64,000 nucleotides of DNA from Octopus vulgaris (taxonomy: Eukaryota), in NCBI GenBank assembly GCA_951406725.2, contig OX597817.1, positions 1,922,001 through 1,986,000 on the forward strand. The letters are read 5' to 3'. The notes under the pieces were generated by a model, which saw only the letters and a program-made list of their open reading frames with translations, was not told the origin of the DNA and searched no databases. Positions within the stretch are counted from its first letter, which is position 1. Each line of letters opens with the position of its first letter. The position numbers and the translations under genes are program-made. Positions 14,035 to 26,803 of this stretch are shown one piece after another.

Positions 14035-14600
14035 TTGGGTTGTCCGGAAAGTTCGTGCCGATTCATAGTAGCTTGCATTTCGACTTATTTTAGGACATGG
14101 TTGAGTCCATAAAATAGGATTTGACTACACCTCCATTCAGAGCACAGTTTAAGCTATCTTTTCGTGGAAGAAGGTTTATGTTCCTATAACCTGTGTTAAT
14201 TCTATAACCCTTCAAAATGGAAGATAAGAAAGTTCATTTTCGGCACTTGATGCTTTGGGAACCAGACAAAAATTGCTGCAGCTCGGCTGGAATCTGTTAC
14301 CCCACCCTTCATATTCACCAGATATTGCTCCTTCGGATTTCCACTTATTCAGGTCTCTGCAGAATAGTCTTAATGGTAAAATTTTCAATACCTTGGAGGA
14401 CGTAAAAAGATACCTTGATGAATTCTTTGCCATGAAACCACCTCAATTCTGGGAAGAGGGTATTCTCAAGTTAAAGGAAAGATGGAGACGTATTATGCAA
14501 CAAAATGGTTCATATCTGGTTGATTAAAGATGTAATGGCAAGTATTTATTGGCCTTTTTTTTTCCTTTAAAAATCGGCACGAACTTTTCGGACAACCCAA
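14035..14600 (+). mobile_element. Internally deleted mariner (Hsmar1/cecropia-like) with both TIRs and TA target duplication
   Basis: TA|ttgggttgtccggaaagttcgtgccgatt ... aatcggcacgaacttttcggacaacccaa|TA. N-terminus MEDKKVHFRHLMLWE is joined to C-terminal TRQKLLQLGWNLLPHPSYSPDIAPSDFHLFRSLQNSLNG...RWRRIMQQNGSYLVD*. Confidence 0.93.
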
Positions 14601-14627
14601 TATATGTTTGTGTGTGTGTATGTGTGT

Positions 14628-14666
<39 letters not shown>

Positions 14667-14899
14667 TTTGTTATGATAGCTTATTTAAATTGAGTGATTC
14701 TAAAGATTTTACCAATTTACACACTATTATGGATTTACACTATATGGATTGCTCTAGTTAGAACATACTTACACCACCGAATGACCTATACCTCAGAATG
14801 CTCCTCGAAAAAGTTGAAACCTTGGCAAACTGATGAGATGGAAAGCCTTATTTTTTATATTGTACCTTCTCCCACTGTTATGGAACGTTATAATTTAAA

Positions 14900-16540
14900 G
14901 GATATGCAAATATCTTCCTAGGATAAAAGTTTTAGCAGACCTTGATTTAGTTACCAATATCAGATTCGGTAAGTATCATAACTCCTTCCAAACTAAGCTG
15001 GAATCTGATTTTAGAAACTTTAGATGCTCTGAAAGGAAGTTCGTATTTTCGGATAAGACCAACAGCCAGTATGAAGTTACTAACGATCTATATGACAAGT
15101 TGCTAAATTTCCACTAAATATACGAAAGCTAACATAGATAGATACAATATTAACGACGAGGGTAAATTCCCCGATAAACGTAGCAAAATCGATAATAGAT
15201 TAGAATGCTTAGCAAAAAGAGAAACTTTTATCACTCTGAAAGACCATAAACCTAATTTTTGTAATAAACTCACTTGCAAATTGTTGAACGCAGTGAGGAC
15301 TAAAATCGGTTTAGTAGCTAAAAAATATTAAGAAACAATATCGTAATTAGAGGGATCACTCGGCTACAAGAATGGGATAATAGTTTTAGTGTAATAGATT
15401 GGTTTTAAAACATTCAGAATAAGCGTAGATCTACTCAGTTCTATGTTATAGATTTTTATTCCTCTATATCGAGATCGCTACTTGATAAGGCGATCGAGTT
15501 CACTAAATCACATGTTGATATAAACCCTGTAGACCTACACTTTATCATGCATGCGAGAAAAAACACTCCTGTTTAGTAAGGGGTCAGCATAGGTAAAAAA
15601 AAAAAGTTCGATACCAATGCATTGTTCGATGTATCGATGGGATCATACGACAGTGCTGACATCTGCGATGTTGTAGGTCTCTTTGTGTTAAACACATTGA
15701 GATCCAAGTACCCAACTCACACGTTGGTCTACATCGAGATGATGGATTTGGTTTTTCCTAGGGCTATGATGGTCACACACTAGATAAATTTAGGAAACAG
15801 CTCATCTCCACCTTTAGTCAATTAAGCCTTAAAATCACAATTACTACTAATCTGTCAAAAGTCAATTTTTTTTACATGTTTCTCTGGATCTAAATCCTTC
15901 TTCTAATACAGCTTACCATTAACCCAAGGAGAAACTTTCCTACATGCACAAACAGTCTTGTCACCCCCGCGCCATAGTGTTTAAAACCCTGATAGCGAAC
16001 ATTAGCAACAGGATATCTAACCTTTCTTCCTCTAAAGAAACATTTGAGAAGGCAGCCCTCTACCACTGCAATGCTATGGCCAATGATGAATTAATTTACA
16101 ATGATGAATTAATTTACAAACCCTTGAGCAATAATAGGAATAACAAAAATAGGCCTAAAAAATAGACCTAGGAGGATAATTTCGTTCGTCCTCACCATTT
16201 CACTTAATGTTAAAACCAACATAAGTAAAAGATTCTTGTCTCTTTTAGAAAAAACATTTTCCCGTAAATCACAGATAGAGAAAAGATACTCAACAGGCGC
16301 TCAGTCAAATTATCACATAGCTGCTGCCCCAATCTGAAGAGCGTCAACACATGCAAACATCACCGAGAGCCTACTCACAGTTGGAACTGTCAAGGTTCAG
16401 TAACTTGTCCATTCGCCAAAGGGATAAATGATTATATAAGAGGCAGAAGTTACAGCAACGCTGGATGATAAACATAAGCGAAGAGAAGAGCTGCGTCGGG
16501 CAGAGCTCAGGGATTGCGTGAAGACAACAGACGGGTCACA
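14900..16540 (+). mobile_element. Decayed Penelope-like retroelement (RDD-type RT plus start of GIY-YIG), pseudogenised
   Basis: Broken-frame motifs FVFSDKT, FITLKDHKPNF..KLTCKLLN, VIDWF, IDFYSSIS, FDVSMGSYDSADICDVVGL, GLHRDDG, HKQSCHP, NVKTNISKRFLSLL, VKLSHSCCPNLK, NCQGSVTCP, and a degenerate IY..EV..(Y)VG. Confidence 0.85.
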
Positions 16541-16654
16541 AAATGCAGTCTGGGTTGTTCTCATCGCAGGAAATTATTTGTGGCTCATGAAAATATATGC
16601 TGTATTTATTAAATAATATTTATCTCTCATCAAATGGAGTACTTTCTAGTGGTC

Positions 16655-16724
<70 letters not shown>

Positions 16725-16744
16725 ACACGAGTGTGTGTGCATAA

Positions 16745-16873
16745 CGCCATGTTGGATCGTTAGCCCCTACACGCAATTTTTTTCTCTCCTTGTTTCTTTT
16801 CTGTGTATCTTTCCTGAGCGCCATACTAATACAATTGTTTGTTTGTACTCCACCTGCCTTCGACTTTTGTTTA
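16745..16873 (+). mobile_element. Short non-coding element ending in (TA)n; relative of the 18692 element but without the hammerhead core
   Basis: Shares ttcctgagcg..aatac..tttgtt..ccac.t.cct..tttcat and the (TA)n-abutting 3' end with 18800-18875. Confidence 0.45.
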
Positions 16874-16891
16874 TTTTCATAAAGCTTCCCG

Positions 16892-16961
<70 letters not shown>

Positions 16962-17061
16962 GTATATATATATGTATGTGTGTATATATGTGTGTGTATA
17001 TATATGTATGTGTATATCTATGTATGTGTATATGTATGTGTATATGTATGTATATATGTAC

Positions 17062-17143
<82 letters not shown>
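16872..17143. repeat. (TA)n / (TATG)n microsatellite tract
   Basis: Directly visible. Confidence 0.95.
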
Positions 17144-17145
<2 letters not shown>

Positions 17146-17169
17146 CTTAGAATAACTTAGAAAGGTTTT

Positions 17170-17370
17170 GGCCCAGGCCATGTCTAACTTAATAGCACCA
17201 CCTGGCGAAGTCTTTCAGTTCAGGATTTGGGCACCAAGGCCCATTCGAGCAGAGAGTTATTGTTTGCGGAGACATATCCGGGTGTGGGTGGTTTGTCCGG
17301 TACTGTTTGAAGGAATTTGTCCAAAGACTTCTTGAATTTTGTGTGGTCAGTTTCACATGCGTGTGAATAA
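17170..17370 (-). mobile_element. CR1/L2-like LINE 3' fragment
   Basis: Minus strand reads KFKKSLDKFL, typical of the CR1 ORF2 C-terminus, followed by a short 3' UTR. Confidence 0.45.
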
Positions 17371-17954
17371 GAGAGTATGTATGGGCGTGTGGAAGTGGGC
17401 TGGTGACCTTGCCGTGTGCGTGTGTGTATGTCTAGGTGTGAAGATGTAGGGAAGTGGTCAATGCTAGTGTGTGCGTGTTGGTGTGATGTGATGTGTTGTG
17501 TGGTATGGTGGTGTATGGTGTAGTGGTGTGTGGTGTGGTGTGAGGGTGTTGGGAGGTGGGGAGGTGAGAGTGGGGGAAAGCAAGGGTGTGGTGTGGGTTA
17601 GGCTGATGGTAGGGGTAGAAGTGGGATATGTGGGCAGGCAGAAGGTGGAGGTAGAGGTGAGGTATGTGGAAGTGGGTGCAAGTGATGAGGTGGGGTGGGA
17701 TGGGAAAGATAAGAAAGGTGGGATTGGAATGTGTATGGGTGGGCTTCTTTCAGTTTCCGTCAACCAAATACACTCACAAGGCTTTGATCGGCCCGAGACT
17801 ATAGTAGAAGACTTGTCCAAGGTGCCACGCAGTGGGACTGAACCCAGAACTATGTGGTTAGTAAGCAATCTGCTTACCACACAGTCACTCCTGCGCCTAT
17901 ATATATATATATATATATCTGTATATATATGTATATGTATATATATGTGTATAT

Positions 17955-18691
17955 AGCACTGTTTACAGCAGTGCTTAGAAGGAACACGTGCAGCGTGTGT
18001 TCATCTCATTGACAATGACAGAGAAAGTTGAGCAGAGAATCTGCATCAAATTTTGCCAAAGTCTTGGCGATACCTGCTCAGAGGCCTACGCAAAGTTTAC
18101 AAAAAGTTTTCATCGTTCTCGACTCAATCAAGGAGATCTTGGGCAACTGAAACTCATGCGTCTTCTTGGTCAGCTGAAAGCAATTTTGGCACAAACTTGG
18201 TAGAACCGCATCTCATAACCAAATCTTAAGTGATAATGGACTGAACTGAACCATAACTAATCTGGACATCCTCTGATAACTCACGGATGATGATTCGATG
18301 ATTTCTCATCACAGCTGCACGCACATCTACAATGTTTTTCTCAGTTCTGCGAGTTGCGTGTCTCCAAGAACGTTCGTTAATATCGATATATTTTCGCCCA
18401 TGTTGGAAACGTCTGAACCACTCCTACACTTGTGTGCGACTCATACACTCTTCTCCATATTCTTTCTGCAGCCTTGGTTCGCCCTATGAGCAGGTATCGC
18501 CATGACAACTTTCTCTGTCATGGTCAATGCGACGATCACACGCTACACACCTTCCTGTTATAAGCAGAACGGTAAAATTTAGTGCGCACAGCAGAGTTCA
18601 TGGTCAATCTTTGCCAAGTGGCTTTACTCTGCGTGCTTTAGCTTTGTTACTGTAGCAACAGTCCGGATACTTATTGGTGACCGCCTGTGTA
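17955..18691 (-). mobile_element. Mariner-derived non-autonomous element with an internal inversion
   Basis: Transposase start MTEKVEQRICIKFCQSLGDTCSEAYAK is present in both orientations, with a TIR-like end at 18600-18691. The same rearranged structure occurs at 32462-33165 on the opposite strand. Confidence 0.85.
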
Positions 18692-18747
18692 CCGTTGGCG
18701 ATTTCTTTTCCTCCGTCTTCCCATCTCTGGATCTTTCCTTTTCCTAT

Positions 18748-18782
18748 GTTTCTGACGAAGAGCTCCGCTCGAAACGTTAAAC
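18748..18782 (+). ncRNA. Minimal type I hammerhead ribozyme in a short element (18692-18875) abutting (TA)n
   Basis: gttt-CTGACGA-a-GAGC-tcc-GCTC-GAA-ACGT-T-aaac: stem I gttt/aaac, intact core, stem II GAGC/GCTC, palindromic stem III ACGT, GUU cleavage triplet. Confidence 0.8.
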
Positions 18783-18870
18783 CTTCCTTCTTCCCTTCCT
18801 TCCTGAGCGTCCAATAATACCATATTTGTTCCACGTCCTCGCGTTGTTGTGTGTTTTCATGTTTGGATTA

Positions 18871-18922
<52 letters not shown>

Positions 18923-18967
18923 ATATATTTACACACACACATATATAGACACACACATATATACACA

Positions 18968-19167
18968 CACTATATGAACGAGAGGGTATATATGTGTTTA
19001 TAACCCTAAAAGGTTCTGAAACGGTGCGTCCTCGAAAAAGAACGGAATTGATTTTCGAAATCTGTCCTAGAAAGAAGGTTTTTGGTAAATAATAATTAAA
19101 AGTTATAATTTGATACGAAAAATAACTCAACTTTTATATCTCTAAATCTTCTTCTCTCCGTCTGTCA

Positions 19168-19243
<76 letters not shown>

Positions 19244-20172
19244 ACTTTCTTCTCTCTCTCTCTCTCTCGTTCACTCCCCTTTCTCTTGTTATAATGTACA
19301 AATACTTTCATCGTGTTTGGAACTTCGTCGCTGTTTTCTGTTTGCTTTCATTTTGTGATAGACAACTATCACGCAGAAAACGCTACCTTCCGAATCCTGC
19401 TTTTTGATTGGGTAAATATTATCAAACTTAATTTTAAAAATTCAAAATCTGCGACAGTAGCAAAAAGATCCCTTCTTTCTATCTGCCTCTCTCAGTCTTT
19501 TACGCTTTTCTTATTGTAAACTTCCCTCTTTCTCTATATATTTAGCGAGCCCTCTCTCATTCTTTCTCTGTAAATGTATATTGGTTACGCTGAATGTGTG
19601 TGTGTGTGAGAGGTATTTCATCAAGGTGACAGAGTCGAAAGGCCGTCACAAACCATCAGCGGCGAGCTCAGAAGACAAACACAAAAGGAATAGACTTAAT
19701 GATCCACGAACACCAGCCTCCGTTGCACATTCTCAAGAACGACTCAAGCATAGGATGCAGCGATTAAAGGATAATCGCAGAAAAGCCTCCGCCGCACGGA
19801 CTCGGGAGACGATGCCACATTTCAGTTCAAACGATCTCAGTTTCCAGTAATCTTAGTTTGGCCATGACCATCAACAAATCGCAAGGGCAAATATTTTCGG
19901 TTGCCATTTTACACCTTGAAGAGCTTTGATCCAACCACTGGATTTCCAGAGTAGGAAGTAAGAAAAATCTTTACATCTTTGCAGAAAATGGAGAGACAAA
20001 ACTTCGTTTATCGAGACATTGTAAATTGCCCCAAGTAATGCAGAAATCAGAAAGCCGTCCAGTTCAGGAGGCCTATCCTTCGGGGGAAGACACGGTCTAA
20101 CGGGGAATAAAAATAAAATAGAAGGAATTCTATTGTGAAAATTCTCCGGCAACGACGGTCTACCCATCAAGT
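18968..20172 (+). mobile_element. Internally deleted Helitron with a PIF1-helicase C-terminal remnant
   Basis: 19811-19905 reads DATFQFKRSQFPVILV[frameshift]AMTINKSQGQIFSVA, the Helitron helicase motif, followed by NLYIFAENGETK. Degenerate 3' hairpin ccggcaacgacgg at 20146-20158. The 5' boundary is approximate. Confidence 0.7.
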
Positions 20173-20180
20173 ATGTATAT

Positions 20181-20259
<79 letters not shown>

Positions 20260-20824
20260 AGGCGCGTGGCTTAGTGGTTAGGGTGTCAGCAACATGATCG
20301 TAAGGTTGTGGTTTCGATTCCTGGACCGGGCAACGCGTTGTGTTCTTGAGCAAAACACTTCATTTCACGTTGCTCCAGTTCACTCAGCTGGCAAAAATGT
20401 GTAACGCTGTGATGGATTGGTGTCCCGTCCAACTGGGGGGAACACATACGCCATAGAAACCGGGAAACCGGGCCCATGAGCCTGGCTAGGCTTTAAAAGG
20501 GCGCATTTATATATATATATATATATAGAATCACACACATACAAATATATTTGGTATGCGCACATACATTTGGTTATATACTCACTCATACATGCTTACA
20601 TAAATGCAATACGACCATAAATACCACCCTGGACACACAGGCATATACATACATACATACATACATACATACATACATACATACATACATACATACATAC
20701 ATACACACACACATACATACATACATACATACATACATACATACATACATACATACATACATACATTAGATGTAAATAATATCTATACCTTTGTATGCAT
20801 GTATGTGAACGTGTGTACCCGCGC

Positions 20825-20882
<58 letters not shown>

Positions 20883-21241
20883 TCAGCACTGATCTGCCAA
20901 TTTATAAACATAACAAACTCAGATGTGGCAAACCGTAAAATTGAATGCTCAACAGGGATCACAGCGGGAACAGAATCAGATTGTTATACGCGTGTACCCT
21001 GTTTCCTCCCGCCCACCGCCACCTCCTACAAAGACACCTTAAATATACACAAGCCTGTGCAGCCCTGGTAAAATAAATTTACATATACACGGACGCGCAC
21101 GCGCTCACACACAGTATATATGTATGTGTGCACGCGTGCGTTATGTATGTATATATGTTTAAATCTTTATATAAGTATGTATGTGTATATGCATGCATAT
21201 ATGTATGTATATGTATATATACACACACACACATACATACA

Positions 21242-21283
<42 letters not shown>

Positions 21284-21630
21284 TAAAAGTACAAAGTGAG
21301 ATAAGGGTTATGAGTGTAACCCACTATGGGATATCAGTTATCCAATATACTGCTGGTGAAGTACCCAAAAGGCAAATACATAAATGCTTATGATTGCAAT
21401 GCAATTAATTCATTTATTGTATTAGATGGGCGAAGGTAAAATATTGTACCTCAAATTCATAATACAAATAAGAAAATGGAAGAACAGATTCCTTTGAATC
21501 ATCGACTTACAGATATTACCAATTCATATTATTTATTAACTACTTCAATAGGAACATCCAAATCCAACAGAATAAAACAATATACATCAATAAGTAAGAT
21601 AATACCATAAAAATAATACACATAAAATGG

Positions 21631-21756
21631 ATCTTACAGCTGTTTCAGCCTGTAGATAAAGGTATCTCATTGTGCCTATATTAGTCAGATGTATTGAGGT
21701 AATATGCAGTTAAAAATGAGTTACTTATATATATATCTCAAGGCCTCGTCAGAGAT
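21631..21756 (-). ncRNA. Type I hammerhead ribozyme with an 89-nt stem II loop
   Basis: Minus strand: ATCT-CTGACGA-GGCCT-(89 nt)-AGGCT-GAA-ACAGCTGT-A-AGAT. Stem I ATCT/AGAT, palindromic stem III, GUA triplet. Confidence 0.75.
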
Positions 21757-21822
21757 TATAAAGTACAATTAAAAAAATATACAAATGTAAATATAAATAT
21801 GAAACAAAATACACATACACAA

Positions 21823-21879
<57 letters not shown>

Positions 21880-22058
21880 GTATATAGATATATATATATA
21901 TATACATATATATAAGTATATATATAATAATATACATACACATAAGGTTACAGATAATCAAATATATATACTGGAGTATACATATACATCCATATCAATG
22001 GGTATATATATTAAGTACAAAGTTCATTACATTACAGTACCAAAACTATTAATATTAA

Positions 22059-22133
<75 letters not shown>

Positions 22134-23007
22134 CATAAATAATACCAATATTGGAATATGTGCATTCTGCTATTCACAATACACAGTAGATGGAAAATAC
22201 CACATAAAATATAGTATAATATAATATAGTGTAATATAATATAATATATTGTATATCACATAAAAAATATAGTATAACATAATATATAGGCAGATGCCTA
22301 TGAAAGATGCAATCACATTAATTCAACAAATAATGTAACAAATAAAGTCATTATATTCATATATCATACAGTCAAAATCGAAACTGCATACATATATATA
22401 CACACAGGTAACAAACACATGTATATGCATATACATACATGCGTAAAAAAACATCCACTAATACATATACATATATAAAGAGATTTTATCCTTTTACATC
22501 ATACAAAAGATATATGTATGTACATACGTAGAGTTCACAGATCAAGAGGCAAGGGATAGGCCGTTACGAGCTATGCTTACGTTATTATTAATATATAGTA
22601 TTACAGTGGTTTAAAATCTTCCGGGGGTAGGGGAGAGATTATTTACAATACCAAGCTAAATCCAATTGGTTGACACATTTGAATTTCATTGTCTTAGTTA
22701 CGGTTGGTTGGTTAAAATACACATACATGTGTGTGTTTATGTACGACATGTAAGGAAAGAAAAGGTCCCCATAATATTCAAATAGTTCCTGGACAACTTC
22801 CAACAAATTCCAGACAACCTATATACACCCGAATATGTCTCTACAGACAATAACTCTCTACTCGAATGGGCTATGATACCCAAAGAATGACTAATATGAA
22901 TCATCACTAAATGTCTTTTCCAAGGAGTGCTATTAAGCTTGTGATGACCTGGTCCAATTCTGGTCGAAACCTATCAATCAATGTATCAAAGTGTTGATAG
23001 ACAGACA

Positions 23008-23282
<275 letters not shown>

Positions 23283-24567
23283 TTGACACTGTAACAATTC
23301 CGTCAATCCACTGTGGAGGCATATGACCTAGTGGTTAGAACAGCGGACGCGCGGTCGAGGGATCGTGTGTTCGAATCTCAGACCGGGCGATGTGTATGCT
23401 TATGAGCGAAACACCTAAGCTCCACGCGGCTCCGGCAGTAAGTAATGGCGAACTTCTGTTGACTCTTTCGCTACAATTTTCTCTCACTCTTTCCTCCTGC
23501 ATCTTGCAGCTCATCTGCGACGGACCGGCGTCCCATACAGGTGGGGAACCTATACGCCAAGGAAATCGGGAAACCGGCCCTTATGAGCCAGGCATGGCTC
23601 GAGAAGAAACACAATACTGCTAAGGAATAGTACTTTGTTTATCGACTCCGAAAGGATCAAAAGCAAAATTGACCTCGGCAGTATTCGAATTCAGAATTCA
23701 GAAGACCCAAAAGAAATCCACGAAGTATTTCATCCTAATGCTCTGGCGCCTCCACAGATTCACCGACGTAATGAGCACTAGGTAAATGTGTCCCTTCGTT
23801 AAGGATATTTTGTATAGAGTTATGGAGAGCATGTCGAGTGACTAAGTACAAGCTTCTTCGTTGGCTGAAGTATACTTTTGCACATTAGGGAGTTAGATGT
23901 TGTCTTCTGTTGTTTGCAGATTCCGTTACAGTTTTAAGTAAGCAAACAATATTGATAGATATATTTCCTTGCTGTTACATGGAATGCCAAAACCCAAAGC
24001 TCAAATTCCAGCTCTTTACCCATGATCGTGTATTTTCAAGAATCATAATCTAGCCTCTCGAAAGGAAAATATCTGATGCATAAAGATAAGGTGAGAACAG
24101 GACAATGAAGCGGTTTAAAAATTCTGTGAAAATATAAATCCATAAAAATAAATAAACGTCACGTGATTGATGTCTTTAGAGCACTTAATTTGAAGAGACT
24201 TTGCTCTACCTTCTGAGAAAAGAATGACAGATTGGATAATGAAATTCTGAATACTCCGTGCTTGAAGTTAAAAAAAACCCCGAAAGTCAGAGCTGGAATC
24301 TTCTTGGTCATTAATTTGCTCCATCTGAGCTGGCTTGGGTTAAACAAGAATCACCATCAAATCATTTCTAAACCTTAAGCAATTCATTTCATTGTCTTGT
24401 TTAAGGTTCAGTCTAACACATTATCAAATGACACGGCAGAGTTGACAGAACGTAAAGCAAAAATCACTTATTGGATTTGTACCAGTACTCTGTGCTCTGA
24501 GTTCAAATCCCACAAGGGACAGCTTTGCTATTCTTCCCTTTGGAGTTCATAAAATAGCGTGCCACTC

Positions 24568-24650
24568 CAACGCTGGATGATAACATAACCGAAAAGAAGA
24601 GCTACATCGGGCAGAGCATGAAGATTGCGTAATGGCACCAGACGTGTTCC
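24568..24650 (+). mobile_element. Small fragment of the GIY-YIG region of the PLE family seen at 14.9-16.5 kb
   Basis: caacgctggatgataacataaccgaaaagaagagctacatcgggcagagc aligns with about 16456-16510 and encodes KSYIGQS. Confidence 0.6.
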
Positions 24651-25888
24651 AGATGTGCCAGTAGTTGGTTGGCGGAAGTGTTAGAGTATGTGACGAGTTG
24701 TTGTCTTCCTTTTAGTGCTCTGAGTTTTGGAGTTGTAGCGTTTATCTATCGCCCTGTTCATCACCATCACCCAATCCTTGGATGTTTTTAGCAGAATCCA
24801 TTTTGTGGCAAGTATTCGGGCCAGATGTCCATTTTGAAGATAATGTCTTCCTCTTGTCCTCACTAGTTTCAGAAGTCCTTTAGGTGCTGCCTTTTTCTCC
24901 CTGACTAAATACTAAAAGACGAATAAAACTTTTCAGTCATGTTGAGGATCAAAACTAAATATTGAAAGATAATTTCCTTCTATTTCACCAAAGTCTACAA
25001 ATAATTTTGTTATTTAGTCCCAAGTCAAAACTAATGGGAAAAAAATCCATGATCAGAGGCTTTCCAATCATAATTATCCGCGAATTTTTTAGGCCCCTAA
25101 TTACATCATCTAACTATATTATCTAATGAGTCATATGGTGAAATGAAACCCTGACTTTGAATGGTACTCGAAAAATAAATATCCAGACTGTACCATTAAA
25201 ATTCCAAGAAAAGTTTACAATGAGCTTCTACACACTGAACGGTGCAAAGGGCACATATAAGGATAGGTTCCTCGCCTCTCAAATAGATGTTGATGATGAT
25301 GATGATGAACTATAAGATTCAAGATAGCGTCCCTTATCCTCCTAGTTACTCTCATTCCACAACCACCTCTCAGCCAACAGCCATCATCTTTTGTGGTAAG
25401 ATCGTACCCTGTTACGATATCACGATTCTTATTTATACCCTAAGTATCTCTCTTGAAGTCTTTTATGTAGACATATTCCGATGTGTATGCTGACGAATTA
25501 TTTTCATGGATTAAAGTATTCGTGTGGGTTTTTTTAAATTACTTTTATTTCTTTCTCAAAATATATTTTAAAAAGTCCGTCGGTAAGCATTCTCACTTTA
25601 TAATATGGAAATCAATGAGAAAATTAATTTAACATTACAAGATTTTCAGGAACAACTTAGCTCCGAAACGCGAGGATTCCCAATACGTGCACACATAAGG
25701 GACATAAATCTTGTATTTTAAATTACAAAGTTGTTTCCCCTTGACTACTTCAAATAATCGTTGGTTGACAGTCACAGCATGGTCGTAATGGTCACACCTG
25801 CACCTTGTCAAAGGTTTTTGAAATACTCAGACACTTATCTTCAAATAGTCTTGCATGAACATCTCTGTCCATTGACAACGGATTTCCT

Positions 25889-26803
25889 CGGTTAATGTTT
25901 ACAAGTAGACCAGCACGAAAAAAATAGACTTTTTTGTTTTGAAATTTTTTTCAGTGGATTCCTATATTTTCGATGATGGAGATTCTGAATATTCCAAAAA
26001 CCATTCTTTCAAAATTTTCAATTACCCCCTCCCCACCCTAACCCTTTATTTGACTAACGTTGCGGTGTTTACATCCCCATAACCTAGCGGTTCGACAAAA
26101 AAAAAAAAAAACACACACAATAGAATAAGTACTAGGGGGTGGGGAACAATTGGGGATGATTTTTGAGAACCGTTCCCCACTCGCGGATGTTTCTGAACAA
26201 GTCCATCTTTGTAGAGAATTTCATTAAAAAATATCCATTTTCTTGAAAGTTAAGACGAATTGAAGTGGGCTCCGGTGAATTTTCCGAAATTCCCCACCAC
26301 CCACCCCAAATTAGGTACTTTTGAAATAATTCCTGATGGACAAGGGTCTTTCACAGTCTTCATATTCTTAACTGCTGCCAAGAAGAATGGTTGGACCCTC
26401 ACTTATGTCCACATTAGGACAGCTCTCTCACAATTAGTAGCCTTTCATATTTGCAAGCTGTTCATTTTCACTTTTAAATAGCAGGATGAGGTGGCGAGTG
26501 GGGTATGAATCAATTTTGGAGTTTCCTCATAGAAAATTTGAAATTAATTATTTTCTTTTTCCCATATTCTTAATCTCCATATTTTTCCAGTTGATTAAAA
26601 AAAAAAAGAAAATCGAAAAAAAGTTAAATTTAAAAATTTGAGGCGGGGTGGGGGTGGGGTGTTGGTAATTGAAAATTTCGAAAACATGGTTTTTAGCATA
26701 TTCAGAATCTCCGTCATCGAAAACATAAGAATCCGCTGAAAAAATTATATAAAGAAAAAAAGGGTCGATTTTTTCGTGCCAGTGTACATGTAAACATTAA
26801 CCG
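25889..26803. mobile_element. Foldback/MITE-like element with imperfect terminal inverted repeats of about 140 bp
   Basis: cggttaatgtttaca...gcacgaaaaaa...ttcagtggattc...ttttcgatgatggagattctgaatat...aattttcaattacc is mirrored at about 26663-26803. Confidence 0.8.

Noticed and set aside
22936-22980. gtgatGACC..GGTCGAAAcc hammerhead-like motif
   Set aside because: The CUGA core, stem I and stem III cannot be recovered; too degenerate to call.
24681-24863. Possible PLE N-terminal (DKG-like) fragment on the minus strand
   Set aside because: The similarity is too weak to support by eye.
25560-25880. Possible promoter or exon of a divergent gene upstream of ERCC4
   Set aside because: No supportable ORF or exon chain on either strand.
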